DNA of 64,000 nucleotides from Klebsormidium nitens (GCA_000708835.1 DF236989.1:124001-188000); one strand, 5' to 3'; positions 11,373 through 25,800 are shown, numbered from the stretch's first letter. The notes: generated by a model not told the origin, from the letters alone. Translations and numbers: made by a program.

Positions 11373-14300
11373 ATGACGGGCAAGACAAAAATCGGACTCT
11401 GCGGGCTGGCTGTTATGGGCCAGGTAGGTGTCAGCATTGCAATCGCGCTTGCCTTGAGTAGGCAATTGGTTGAAAGTCTAGTTTCATAAGCAGGTGATAA
11501 TTGATGCAGATTTTTTGGTGGGATCAGGTTCTTATGTTTTTGCCTCTTTTAGTTCGAAGCGTACTGCCATTTTGAGCAGCATCCTGGACCACATTGCATC
11601 TCCAATTGAAAGTCACTGCATGGTATAAGTGATGACAACTTTTGTCGCTATTGCAGAATCTTGCCCTGAACATTGCTGAGAAAGGGTTTCCAATCTCAGT
11701 CTACAATAGATCAGCAAGCAAGACCGATGACACAGTGGAGAGAGCCAAGAAGGAGGGAGACCTGCCTGTCCAAGGCTATCACGATGTGAAGGAGTTTGTG
11801 GAATCAATTGAAAAGCCAAGGTATGAGCCTGACACACATATGACTTCAAGCTTAGGCACACTTCAAACAGCAATTCCGTTGCAGTGGACCGTCTTTGATG
11901 GAGCACAGTCCTGTGTGGCTTGGATTGGCAGCTGAAGAGACAAAAATATTAGATTGTTGGTGCAGGATGCACGTTTCCTGTCAAGTGAAATGAGATCTGC
12001 TGGATCTATGTGTTCCAATTCCGCGTTTTGATCTTGTCAACAATCCTCAGGAGCAATGGCAATAAGGTCAAATTTGATCCGCTGTGCAGGGCTATTATCA
12101 TTCTGGTGAAAGCAGGGGCACCAGTTGATGCCACTATTACGAGCTTGACGGAGCACCTTGAGCCAGGCGACATCATCATCGATGGAGGCAATGAATGGTC
12201 AGTTGCGCAGCAGACCTACCTTTCTAAAATGCAGGATCTCAATGATTGCAAGCGCAAGCAGCACCCAGTGGTGCAGTAGTCTTCATTGGACGGGTGTGTT
12301 TAGCAAAATTCTGGGGTCTCACGTTTGTTCTGTCCAGATGCGACTTGACTTCAGAAAGGACATGATGGCGATACTGCCATGTACAATTGGTCGCAGTATT
12401 GGTCGCAGTATTGTCTTTTCAATTGTGCACTTTTTTGATATGTATCTCAGAAGTAAGATTATTGAGAAGATTGATTTGGATTGGTCTACTGTCTGAAGGT
12501 ACGAGAATACGGAGCGGAGGGCCAAGGAGGTTGAGGCCAAGGGCCTTGCATATATGGGGATGGGAGTGTCAGGAGGCGAGGAGGGTGCCAGGAATGGTCC
12601 TTCTCTGATGCCTGGTGGCACCCCTGAGGGGTACGCCAGGATTGAGCCTATCGTAATGAAGGTTGCAGCTCAGGTTGATTCTGGCCCTTGTGTCACATAC
12701 ATCGGCCCCGGGGGCGCCGGCAACTTTGTCAAGATGGTGCACAACGGCATCGAGTACGGCGACATGCAGCTGATCGCCGAAGCGTAAGGGCTCTGGTCCC
12801 CCTTTGTTTCCACCCTGGCGCGTTGCTTTCTCTTTTGAATGGAGTTGAGATCAAAGTGACATTTACCTTCCCAGGTAGTTGCTTCCACTCTTGCGTTCAG
12901 TCCTGCCGGTTGACTTACTGAGGTAAGGTTAGGGTTCTTGAATGACTGGAAAGAAGAGCGGATTTGACTTCTCAGATCTTGTGATTGCGATGGTCTGGAA
13001 TGAGATATGGCCATGTATACTTGATTTGTTGCAGTGTTGCCAGAGGTAATTCATGGGATCAGCAAGTTGTGATGTTTGAATGCTCACCTTAAGCCTTTTT
13101 TCGGCACTCCTTCCTCCCTTGCTCTTGCTGCCATTTTTTCTTTCTGGCCTAAAAGGGACACAAGGAACATTTCCTAGTTCCTGATGGCAGTGGCAAGTAG
13201 TCTCCCGGACGTTGGGAAATAAATGTAAGAGATCTCACATCGCGCATGTTTTTGCAGGTATGACATCCTGAAGAGCGTTGGCGGCCTCACCAACGAGGAG
13301 ATGCACAAGGCCTTTGCCGAGTGGAACCGTGGCGAGCTTGAGAGCTTCCTGATCGAGATCTCCGCCGACATCTTCACAGTGAAGGACGACAAGACGGATG
13401 GAGACACCGTCGATGTGATCCTGGACAAGACCGGTTCTAAGGGGACCGGCAAGTGGACAGTGCAGCAGGCAGCCGAGCTGGCGATTGCTGCTCCAACAAT
13501 TGCCGCTTCCCTGGACGCACGGTATCTGAGCGCCCTCAAGGACGAGCGCGTTGCGGCTGCGGAGACATTCAAGAAGCTGGGGGTACAGGACGTGCAGGCG
13601 GACATGAATGTGGACAAGAAGCAGCTGATTGACGACGTGCGCAAGGTGAGGGAGGGGCCTCTGATGGAACAACGATCAGATGGGGTCCTGCCTTTGAACA
13701 TAAGGTGCACAAACAGCTGACCTAGTCCGGATGCAGGACATGCCATCATAGCTGGCATTGAGCTTGCACGGCTGATGGGAAGTGCGGGATTAGGATGCGA
13801 CGTGCCATTGCTGTAGGATTTGTTGGAGTAGTCTTTGAGAGCCCCGGTCGTCTTGAAAGGAGTTTCATGTGGATTGCAAGTGCAGGACCGTGACGGTTCT
13901 CCAATGATGAAGAGTGTTAATATTCGTTCAGTGACAGAACCCTGAAACACTTTGTTCATTTCCAAAGTTGATCAAGAACTTAATTGCTCCGCTGAAATCC
14001 ACTTTGTGTTTCTAACAGGCGACTAAATCATTTGTGTCGCAAGTAGATTCCTTGATTGCCTGAACATTTCGCCGTTCAGGCAAAAGTCCAATTGGACGTG
14101 AATTGTACAACCGTTTTCTGTTGCAGGCGCTGTATGCATCCAAGATCTGCAGTTACGCTCAGGGCATGAACGTCATCCGGGCCAAGAGTATGGAGCAGAA
14201 CTGGAACCTCAACCTCGGCGAGCTGGCGCGCATCTGGAAGGGCGGTTGCATCATTCGGGCCAAGTTCCTGGACAGGATCAAGAAGGTGAGTGGATCGCGC

Positions 14301-15723
14301 TAGTCTGCAAGTGGTCCAGAATTCATTTCAGAAGAGAAGGTCGGAAGTACCATTGAAACGAACATGAAAGTTTGACGTAGCTTTTCCCACTGCAATCTTA
14401 TAATCTTGCAGCCGGAGAGGAGAGTTGTTCTGTCCTCACAGTCATTTTCGAAGTCATCTTCTCAAGGTACTTGGTTTCAAACCCTGTTCTGGTTTAGAAG
14501 TGGATTTGTCTCGACCTTTTCAAAGGGGAGTTGTCGACAAGCAGGGCGAAAGGTAATCATGGCTGCACCTCTTATTGCAAGACCACTGCGGACAGAGTAC
14601 CAAACAGAGTCAAGCTCCCGCTAAGTTCTGCCTCCTAGTATGAACCACTTTCTTAGAAATCCTACTTTGGTGTCAGGCCTAACACATAATGTATTAGAGG
14701 GACGGTACTATTGAGGTCCTTACATGGTGAATATTACCTCTGTGGAGGCAGTTCGGAGACACGGATGATTCTGTTTAGGGAGGCAGTATCTGTTTTGGCA
14801 TTCTTCCAGCAGACCCACAATCAACCTTTTTTAAGTGACCTACGCAAACCAACCCCAGAAGCTCAGGAACTTTCAGGCCGGTTTTCCAGAAGTGCTTTGG
14901 CCACACCAACTCAAGAATGTCAGTCCGAGAGTCTTACAGAACCACGGGTTCCAAGACGCTGTTAGTGTTGTCCCAGCTGACCGTCGATCTACCTGAATCT
15001 GCAGGCGTACGACCGCGACCCAAACCTGCCGAGCTTGCTCGTTGACGCCGAGTTCGCGCAGGAGCTCGTCGACCGCCAGGGTTCGTGGCGGAAGGTGTTG
15101 CAGTTGGCCATTGGGGCCGGCATCAGCACAGCAGGCATGACCGCCAGGTACATATGCCATCCGATCCAGGACGCCTGAGCACGTTGATTTTTTACTAGAT
15201 AGAATCTGGGAGCGACTTCAGAAAAGGTGGCTGTTAGTCGTCCGTATCATCTATCCCTATCCCTATCTGGAGTGCAAGGTAGAAGCGTTTATCCGAAACT
15301 TTGAGCGAAGACTGCCCAGGTTCGAAAGAAAAACCCAAGATCTCATGATTGCCTCCAGATCATTCTTTAGCAAATGGTCCAGATAGGGCTTCGATGCAAT
15401 CATCGGCAGTCTATCACACCGGAAGGGTTGATCAATCAACCAAATTTTCACAATCTCAATCCAGTGGTTGTAGAACGTTTCTCGGAGGGTGTGCCGCTCC
15501 TAAAGGGTCCACCATGGCTGTCAAATTCTGGTCCTCTTTTGGAGCCTAACACTTTCCTTGCATCGATTGCAGTTTGGCGTACTTCGACACCTACCGCCGG
15601 GGACGGCTTCCGGCCAACCTCACCCAAGCCCAGCGTGATTACTTCGGCGCCCACACCTATGAGCGCATTGATGGGGAGGGTGCGTTCCACACCGAGTGGA
15701 GCAAGCTTGCGTCAAAGATCTAA
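11373..15723 (+). CDS. PGD: 6-phosphogluconate dehydrogenase, decarboxylating (8 exons, ~482 aa)
   Basis: Exons 11373-11423, 11657-11820, 12090-12197, 12499-12783, 13258-13645, 14127-14285, 15005-15147 and 15573-15723 are in phase. Motifs: [63 protein letters not shown]. The protein ends in SKI*. Confidence 0.98.
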
Positions 15724-16724
15724 GCGTCTGTTCGTTAGCAGCGCGTTGACTGTTAAAGGAAACTGAAAATGTGAACTTGGTGTATGAGGGTTACCTTTGC
15801 ACAAGTGTCTTACGAAGCCTCAAATTACCCCATGGATTATGGTTTTGAGAAGTTGCAACAGAACCTGCCGGAGTACCGGGGGGTGTTGCTCGCTACAACA
15901 GGCCAGGGACATAATAATGATCTACACGTGTATCAGACAAATCCTGCATCACGCAACACTTTTCCTAGCTTTGACCCAGCTCTGGTGTTGCTTCATTCAG
16001 TGCATGCAGCATCGTTATGCACGCATGCTTTCAACGAGATCGACTGTAGTTAGATTGCATATGTGTGCAACTATCATATATATTCAAAGATATAGGTCTC
16101 TATGCTGCGATTCATCATATTCTGCATGAATCATATATAACGATCGTGGATGCTCACTAGTCACCAATGGCAAGCGCGCTACGAATAATGGCAGCTCAGC
16201 TAGCTCGGGCCTAGGATAGGACAAAATTGTTGGCATACTTAATTTTGGTTATTGGCGGGCGCCGCTGCCATGTGCTCTCCATAAACAATCCTCTTAAATG
16301 AAGTGCAATTGCGGCGGCAGGCTATATATGCATGTGCATATAAACTTAGGAGCTCGAGTCCTCTTGAGTCTTATAATCAAGCAGGTCCTGACGCAAGCTT
16401 CATATAAGGGCGGCCATACCGTACTCATTATAGCTTCTGCCACAGTGCAGACACGTATTTCATTGAAATCCCTAGCTATATTGTTCGTCAAACCCCTTGA
16501 GCTGGGGCTAGACTCGGACACAAGCTGGGAGTGTCGCAATCAGTTGTTCCCTCTTCTCTTCTGGTCATATGCAGCATTAGCAGCGCAATCACGAAGCTAG
16601 CCATTGCTGATGGTATTTAGAGTGCGTGCATCGATGTTGGACACATCGAAGTGGACTAGACTCTTCCGTTAGACAGATCATGGTGACATTGGTTGACAAA
16701 TTTGACCGGCGGTTTCTAGGCCCC

Positions 16725-19700
16725 CTACATGAAGTCATAACCGTCTGGATCGTCGTAGGTTCCGGCAGCTCCATAGTCGTTGTCCGCAGCATCAACCTTG
16801 AGCTCCCGCTTCGCTTTTGCTGCAACGAGAAAGACAGACTTGAGTGCTCTACTTCTTGACACACAAGTCGGAATACTCCGATTGCAGCAACAAAAGAGTC
16901 CAAAGGTTTTGCATCTATCTGACGCTTCCGTCCGGATACTAAAAGCTAGCCCGGAACGGGAATGGAGCGGAACGGGAACTAGAACGGGGCGCCCACCTTT
17001 CGCCTTGGTGCCCCCCTTTTCCGCCGCCTTTTCCGCCTTAAGTTTCTCGTTGGCCAAAACGGTCAACGCGGATGCTAGATCTTTCACGTCGGCGCCTTTC
17101 AAGGGCTCCGAAGCGACACGTGACAGCTGCTTTAGCATCGTTAGGTAGTGGAAGCTTTTCTGCAGAGAAAGGAACGAAGACGCTTCAGCACACGGCAGCA
17201 GTTGCTTTCGCTACAAAAGCCGCCGTGATTTTGAAACGGCATCTTTGCGACTGTTCCACGAGGAAAAGCCTTATGACCTAGCACGAACAGAAGGAGCTTT
17301 TGTGCATGAGGGGAAAATGAGTATGGGTGGATTTGGGCTGCAAAATGCCGTCTTTCTCTTCAAACAGAGGCTACCGTGAGACGGAGTCAGAACACTGGTG
17401 AGCACCGACTTGATGAAACCTTCTGAGCGGTCCGCATACTAGTGCTTAGCAATAGACAACTTTCGAGAAATACTTTGCGGACGCCGTAAAAGAGTTGAGC
17501 AAAATGACAATGTTGATTCAATCGGACCCTGCACACGTAACGAGGGTTCAACGATGCGTAGCGACGTCTTAAGTGCGGTGCTGGACGGTCTGAACGCAGA
17601 ACGGTGGCCTGAATTTCCCAGTTTTGAATCCAATATCGGGCAGGGAACCAGCTTCAGAATTCTGTGTAAGGGTCATCCAAATGACGCCCGATTCCGACTC
17701 TTGTCTATGTTTTATCGAAAAGAAGCTAGGGTCAGTGTTGTACACAACTTATGTAAAGCGACAAATACACACACTCTCGATGACATCCCTCTTTAAACCT
17801 TTATTCAATAGTAAAAGACATGAAAGCAGTTTCTGAAAGCGAGACGCGAAATCACCTGGCGCGACACCTTGAGCAACTCGACTGGACTGTACACGTCACT
17901 CGACCGCGGGCTTGCCATTTTGTAACTAGAAGCAGCGAATCGACTCATAGTCGTTAAACACACTCTGCCGATCCTGATTGCCGTACCAACAGTATACCAG
18001 CTGCCAGAATAGACTGATCAAAAAGTGCACTTTACACTCCAGAAAGTGGTACCCGGCACTCCACTCTTTGATATCCGGTACCCGGAGACAGCGGACGTAC
18101 GCACCTGGAAGGGAGTAACCTTTTCTGCTACAAGCGTGGCGTATTCAAGATAGTCGGCCTCGGTCTTTGGGATGAAGCCCTCGAGACTTCGCTCCTCCTT
18201 GTCACCCCCAAACAGCTCTTTCGTCGCCTTGAAGTCCGATTCTTCGACCAATCTGCAGCGGAGAGGATTGAAACGCTTGTGTCAGAGTAGAGGGGCCGAC
18301 TGTGGTTACAAGGGATAGAGTGGCAAACGCGAAAGCATGGGTCCATATGAACATTGAGTAAGTGAAACGTGCACAGAAGAAGAGGGCCAACAAGGTAACT
18401 CTGCTCATCGTACACCTGCACTTAGTCAGCTTTACAGCAAAGAAGTTAGATAAAGAGACAGAAAAGATTGGAGAGTCGGAAACGAAAGCACGAGCATATT
18501 GGAAGCGCCGAAAGCGACCGCCTATTTCATGGTCAAATATATTCAGTCTCGCTTTAGTCCCAGCCTCGTTTGCCCATCAATTTAAGGGGGAAGCTGTAAG
18601 GGTCGGCAACATCTGTTGGATGAAGCTACTGCTGCAAAACCTGGTTACCGCATCCCAAAAGGGACCCAAACCCCCTTCCGAAGACGACGCTAGTTCCAAC
18701 GAGTCGTCTTTCGTACAGAACTTCGGCCAAGGCGAACATTTATCCGCCTAATCTCTATTCTTAATGTGAGTCAAGTTCAGGAAAACACCAGACTGGTTCG
18801 ATCGAAGGTGAAACTCACCTTTGTTGCCGAAGCTTCTCTGCAACTGGGTCTGCAAGCGTCTCATCCTTTGGGGCTGCCTTTGGCTTCTTATCCTTCTTCG
18901 GTTTAGCGGCCGCCTGAGAAGCAGACAACCTCCGATCAAAAGCAGTCTACCTTCATTCGTCAAAGAAGCCGCATCCAATTGCAAATATCCAGCGGCTGGG
19001 TGCACGCGGCTTGGCAATGATTGCTCGAAACAGTAGAACTTCAACGAAAGAGTTCCGCCCTAGGTTGTCTAACATCGCCAGACATTTCAAAGTGTGCAAC
19101 CTTTCTGACCCCCAAAGCTAGCAACTGCGAACTCAGAGAGCCAAGTGCCCCTGTCCCTTGGGCAGATTCTATCTTGCTTTGGTGACAATCTCTTGCGTGC
19201 TGAAATATATGGTGTCTTCTTTTTGCCCCCCTTCGTCAGTATTACAGCAGTCGACGGTGCCTCCAACTCCAAGCCTCAAAGACACTTTCCAGAGCACAAT
19301 AGCAGATTCGAGCACCCGCAGCAAATAGAATCTGTACGAATTACATGCAGTGGATGGGCGCCTGTCGATCCAAAGTCCTCAGAATGATAGCTAAGCAGTT
19401 TGTCAAAAGTTCCTTCCTACTCCCACCCGCTCTCGCGATCCTCACAGACCCCCAGATCTGACAACCCCGCCCCTGCAGTCCGCGCAGGGCTCAAACAGCT
19501 AGCATAAACTGGATTGGAGTGGCCCACAAGACTTGGTTGAAATCTTGTAACTTGCGCACATGCCGCATCATGGTTCAAAGTTTATTCAGGAAATTCACCA
19601 CTCTGAGGGGCACTCACGACCAGTACCTTAATTTCTATTGACCAACACCAGGCGACTCCAGAAATCCTGGTTCAATGCTTAGCGTCCAGTATAAATCTCT

Positions 19701-21533
19701 GATGACTCTCATACTCTCAATTTCGGTCATAAGAGATGAACCCAAACAAGCAACTAGGCTGACGTGATCCTCACAGCCGGTTTATCTGCCGATGTCTCCT
19801 TCACTTCTTCCTCCTCCTCTTCCTCATCGTCCCACGCTCCCTTCACCGGGGGCTGGGGAGCGACGGGCGCCGCGGGCTCGAAATCATCGTCCTCTGCAAA
19901 CCAATCGATGATGGGTCAAGGTTGAGAAGGTTTGGGGGAAATTGTGGTGGCTAAGGGTTTTGAGTTTAGCAGCCAACCCTCCTGGGGCCGCAGGTAAATC
20001 TTCACGCTCTGGCTGGACAATCAACAGTGAAGAAGTTGAGAAAGGTTTGAGGTTTGTATCTTGGCTGTTGGTAGTTGAAAGGTTTGTATCTTGGCTATTG
20101 GTATTTGAGAAACTGGGGGCCTCGGACTTGATGCCCAAAAACTGTGTGAAGTGCTTGTTTTCTTTGTTCTCTGCAGGAGGATGGGTGATAGGATCAAGGA
20201 TCTGAAGCTGGTAAAACGTGGCGATTCAAGCTTTGGAGGATGATGAATACAATCTGACAAGTTGGGGGCCTCGATTATAACGCTCGCATCGTCTGGACAG
20301 CGGTGAAAAGGATCCCACTTGGGCCCCGACGAGAACTTTGTCGAAGAATTTCAAAAGCAAGAAAACACTTCAAAATTGAGCCGTTGGGCGGTATCAGCAA
20401 TTCAAAGCCCTGAAGACAAAGCAAGATCCAAAAAAGCATGTCTGCAAGACATTTGCAATGATCCAGAGACCTAGTTAGGAGCCAATTGAGGAGTGCCAGT
20501 CTATATCATCTTAGGTGGTCGAGCGAACTGAAGCCCCGATTGGGCAACACCAATTGATTGGTGTTGCCCCCATTCTGGGGGCTACATAGCTGGCGGCATG
20601 ATTGATTCAAACGAAGCAAGTCCGAAATAAGAATAATAAATACAAGAAGGGCATCTGCCTTGATCACACTATTCATTCATGCAGTTTCATTCCTACTAGT
20701 AATTCTAGTAAACAGAAGAGGAGGGAGACCAAAGACTGCACACAATAAGACCACAATATGGCTTCCGGCTGTTGATCAGTCATAGTCCAGCAACACTCCT
20801 TTTTAACATTCTCCAAGTCGCTATCACAAAGCCTCATAGTTTTGACACTTGCTCTCCAACAATCTATGACTCACTCACTATCATAAAGCCCCAGGGAAGA
20901 CAAAAATGAGGCAGTAGAACAAGCCTTGTCCACCCCCCCACGTGTCAAATTATGCAAATGCTTGCTTGAACCCCATCACAGGAAGCAACCTTCTGCGCCG
21001 CAATGATCGTCATATTGCTCAGCATTGTAATAATAAAAGAATTGTTAAGGTGACGAAACGAGACAAGGTGGCGCTTTTCAAAAAAAGTGCATGCCAGAGA
21101 CAATACGAAGGGGATGGAGAAGTTGACGTGAGCACAAACTATCATGAACATGGTTCAGAATACTTGAGCATGAAAGAATGCTCGCGTAAGTAAGAGGTAA
21201 GCAATGGGTCATCTCTGGATCCTGATGGAAAAAACCCTAGAAATCATCAGATCACCAACTACGTAATGCTGATCTGTGACCGCGCCACCTCCGTATGAGA
21301 AGCACTTCTTGCTTTCCACGGTGGTGGATCTTACCAGCACGCACTGAACCAAATCCAGCAACTTGGACTCAAAGGAACCGCCCTTTTGATGGGTGCTTGG
21401 AATGCTGCGGTCTACTTGCAAGAAGTGTAATCTACCAGGTGTGACCTGTTGAAAAAAACCAAGTCACGAACAATCACAACCATTACCCAAGAGAAAAGGC
21501 ATCGTAGCTGTCCTCACCCCAACTGTCCGCCAT
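16725..21533 (-). CDS. EIF3J: Eukaryotic translation initiation factor 3 subunit J (6 exons, ~211 aa)
   Basis: Exons 21533-21518, 19893-19775, 18913-18819, 18252-18105, 17159-16997 and 16819-16725 are in phase. Sequence: MADSWEDDDF..WDDEEE..DPVAEKLRQQRLVEESDFKATKELF..PKTEADY..YDFM*. Confidence 0.95.
20046..20110. repeat. ~30-bp tandem duplication in eIF3j intron 1
   Basis: aggtttgtatcttggct(g/a)ttggta(g/t)ttga occurs twice. Confidence 0.8.
20542..20569. repeat. Perfect 13-bp inverted repeat with a 2-nt loop
   Basis: gggcaacaccaat-tg-attggtgttgccc, in eIF3j intron 1. Confidence 0.85.
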
Positions 21534-22891
21534 TCTTCCTCCTCTCTTTCTCTAGAATTTTCAGGGGATGCTCTGCGGCCGCTTGTAATGCCTTGAGCAA
21601 TAAGCACACAGCAAATGGCTCTGCCTGACAGGAAGCAAACGGCGGGAAGGTGGAAGGCCGCAGGCGACAACTCCAAACTCCAAATCCCGTCCCACTCTCT
21701 TCTGCAGTAGTGTGTGGAAATGAGCAGGCAGTGTGGAGAGCTGGCTACGCAGAGCAACTTGCGTTTGAATGCAAGTGGTTATGGCCACGTTAGTGGGTGT
21801 GCTTTTTAACTCTGGTTTTGGTTAACCGTCATTTTCGTAACTAAGACGCACGCAGCCAAGTTTGACTGGCATGGTTGACCGTTGCAACTTGCTGGTCAAG
21901 AAACCCAGTACATGCCCGCTTAACCCTTCCCTGACCCCTGCTGCAGAAAAGCAAAACCCCAATCGATCACCCCCAGGTGGCCCTGGCCCTGCATGGGCGC
22001 GGCACTCCCTCTGGAATCCGAGTCCCAATTTGAATTAGATTCAGGAGCAATTCCAGTTTTCCAGAACTTTGCTTTGTCTTTTCTCGGCTTGTTGGTCTGC
22101 AACATCCCTGCAATAGCCTTTCATAGAGTTTGCAACCAGCGTCCTTTCATCCTTGAATGTTCACCTCTTGCATACTTGAAGAGGGTTTGAAAAAGTCAGC
22201 ATCGGAAAAAGCCTGAAGGTGAGCAGCTTTCTTGAGAATTTCTAAACTGGCGGCCAAGCCCCCCTTTGTTTGCATGCTACAGTAAGAGGCTGTCGCACCC
22301 CCTTCTAGTCCTTCCGCCGCTTGCACACAACGTGTTATGCACCAGCCTGGACTAGCTTTAGCAGCTTGGAAAGTCTCCGAACTCTGCTTATTCTGTGCTC
22401 TGCACCACCCTTGGCCTCTTTGCTGCTCATATACTTGTAGTCTGGTTCGATTGCATGAGCGGCTGTGTAGCTGATTTTGGCTTAGACCTGGCAAAAGAGA
22501 GTGTATTTGCGAAGCCGAATCCAACATGGATAACTCATGCTCATGCTGAATTTTGGATGCTTTGAAGATGCTCTGGGAACGAGCTGCTTCAGATTGTGAT
22601 AAGCGTCTTCAGTTTCACTCAGTGACTTTGTATTGTCGACTTTTGAGGGGTGGTTTGTAGATGCGGAGCATAACGAAGTCGCTGGGCAGGCATAGCAGTT
22701 GAGACTCACAGGCTGGCTGCTCGTTTGTTGCAGAATGGCCTCATGGTTTTCAAAGGTATTTTGTTTCTTCAAGGCACACAAGATTCAAACGAGAACTGTC
22801 GAATGATTGTTATTCTTTCCATGCAGGCCCAGGTTCAAGCAAGATCATATAGTTCCTCCTTGGGGCTTTCATAAGCCCTCGCCCACTTACA

Positions 22892-25800
22892 ATGGCTGCC
22901 ATTGCGCTTGTTCTGGCCCTCAGTGCGTCGGCAGCAGTTATGGGACAGGATCTGAACACGTCTCATTACACGTGTCCAACAAACTACCTGCCGACCGTCA
23001 TCCCCTCCTTTTTCACACCCCCAAACGTGACCTGCGCACCGAATCCTTGTTACGGTGCTCCTGGGCCATGCGGTCAAGGTAAGGTGGTTAAACCACCTGT
23101 TCATTAACCACCTTAACCACCTTAAGGTAAGGTGGTTAAACAACAGGTGAAGGTTGACTGAATTCGTTGGAGCTAGGGGACTAATGTTTGGAGAGCCGCT
23201 TTCAAAGCCTAGTTTCTCAGTTTTGCTATGCCTTGCACACTTTTGTCACAGTCTGCGATGTTCGATCAGAGGCCAAGCCCAAATAAAGAATTCGATTTTC
23301 CATCTCGCTTCTTGTACAGAGGGAAAAAGTCCAAAGAGTAGCTCTCTGACTGGCCTTCAGTCATGGGCACCCTTTCTGCCCCTATCAGTTCTGGCCTCCG
23401 AGCAAACGTATCAGAAAGCAACATAGAAGTTTGCAGAAGAAGCCCAGTTCAGTGCGTTGGGCTTTTGGTTACATTTGGGAGGCACTATGCTGGAAGATGG
23501 AGACTGTGATACAAAACGAGGCTAGGCCCACTCATCCTTTTCAGCGCCCTGCAACTTCTCCCTTGTTTTCTGTGAAAATGGCTAATCTTGAGGGAATTGG
23601 ATGCCTCCTTTTCCTCATGAGTTTGCTAGAAGTCTTCTCCAATTAGTCGTTCTTTCCTCGCCGCAAAAGAAAGTTCCCAACAGAAACTTTCTATTGGAGG
23701 TTCGTGCTGTCGGATGGAAGTAACTTTCTTCCCGCTTGTGTTGCTCCCGATGCTTGCAGCTATTCTCGCTCACCTTGCAGCTTGCATTGTCCTCCACCGA
23801 AACAGATCCAAGCCGTGATTCTTGTTGCGTGCCTTCATGTCTGAGTCAGATCTGCGTCGTTACTTGTCAGTGATGCTCCTTTCGAGTCCCAACCAGCTCG
23901 ATGAGCAACAGAGACTTACCAAGTGGTCCAAAGCAGCCGTTTCTTGTCATCTTCGCTGCGAGGGACAATGTCAATAACAACCCCTCAGATGCTTCACCTC
24001 GTTGACCAACTACAAATATCACCGCCGTAACACGTCTCTTCTTCCAACCGCCAACCAACGAAAGACCAAAACCGCTTTACACATTGCTCCTGCGGAGATC
24101 TACCAGCGAAAGAGAAGAAACCGCTTAAACGCGTCTCTCATTCCCAGCCAATCGTCGACAAAAGAGATCAATCACGCCCCTCATTTTCCAACCATATTTA
24201 CCAACGAGAGAAGTCCTCTGCTCTAACGAGTCTCCTGCCTACCAACCATTCACCCACGAACACAAAACGCTGCCCTCACGCTTCTCTCATGTTACCTCAG
24301 GCTCAGACGGTCTTCCTTTATTATTTCCATCTTAACAAAATGAAAACGAAGAAAGAAATTAAGAAACATTTTACCTCAGGCCCGGATGGTCTTCCTCTTT
24401 GATCATCTATTCACAAGATGAAAATTAATAAACATTTTTCCTCAGGCGGCACCTGCACGGTGGACCCACTGATCGTCTCTCGTGGGGCGACGTTCTTCCG
24501 CACCGTCTGCCAATGCCAAGCGCCCGCTGTTCTTCTAGACAGAGGCGAATTCAACTCCCAATTTTGCTTCATTAATGGTAAGGGTTCGATTTTTCAGCTG
24601 CGTTTCTTTGTGCCATTTTGCCTCGTCTCCCCCTTGAAACCGCCTTTCGCTTCTGTTCCCAGCTGTTTCAGTCTTCCCGGCTTTCGTTGGCTCCTCGTCC
24701 CTTCTATCAATTCTCCGCCAATGTGTCGTCCGTTTCTACTCTGTCTGCCTCCCTTTCTTCTGTTTCGTTGCTGTTCTTTCGTTCTTGTCTTTCGCTCATT
24801 GCATTGCACTGTGAGATTTGAGCTTCAGTGCCTTCCCTTCGTTCGCTTTCGCTCTCGTCACCGTACTGTTCATTCTTTCTCAGCGTCTGCACTCAAGTCG
24901 CCCATATCGACCGCGAGAACGGATCTGTCTTGTGCTGGTCTGAAAAGATGTTGTCCTCTCCGACTAGGTGGCTGTCATTCTGTAGTCCAACTTTGCAAGC
25001 GCCCAACTACCTCAGCGACTGATCTCGTCATGTCATCGATCCTAGTCTCCGTGTATCCGTTTTCAGGCTACAGCCTTTACTGTACAGTGACTCTAAGTTT
25101 GGCATCAGCACTTCCTTACCTCTCTCTCAGCTCAGAGCTGCATCAAAAACTCAACCGACTCGATTGGCAGGTCTTATTGCTCACACACTCCGATCAAACT
25201 TTTCAGCTATCTCTGAAGTGTCGGTCAGAACTCGTTGATTGGTGGTCTCGAGACACTCCGCTGTAAGGTCTTTGTCGAGGTACATGTCCTTATTCGGTGC
25301 CTCAACTTTTGCATCGTCTTGGGAAGTTCGACACAGAACAGGAATGAATAGATCCTTCCTTGCTGCGTGCATCCTTCTGTTTTTACAAACGTGCTGCGTG
25401 CATGCTTGTGTTTTTCAACCGTGCTTCGTGCATGACCATGTCGTGAAAGCTCTGCCATCGCCCGCTTCAAGATACATTTCCTCTCCTTGCGTGCAGGCAC
25501 TAATTCATGCAGTCCAAGTCCCTGCAAGACAACGGCACGTGCTTCGCAGACCTTTTTTGCAATCTTAGCAGCGTTGTTTTCTAGAACACCGCTTCTGAAA
25601 TCCTACAAACCCTGACACAGGAGCTTTCTGGCGCAGGCACTGACTCGTGCAACCCGAGTCTTAGCAAGAACAATGGCCCGTGCTTTGCGGACCCTTCTCG
25701 CTACGACTTTTCAGCATGCATCCTTCGATGACCGAATCAGAAATGGCAAATTCATCAATTTCGTACTCGCCATTCTAGCAAAGACCCGTTTCAAGAACAC

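Noticed and set aside
12784-12787. Apparent premature stop in 6PGD (GCG TAA)
   Set aside because: It is the donor gc|gtaag. Splicing to 13258 restores AYDILK.
21561-21788. HFHTLLQ as a HUH endonuclease (Rep/Helitron) motif
   Set aside because: It is a short ORF immediately upstream of the eIF3j ATG, with no motif I/III or helicase. Probably chance.
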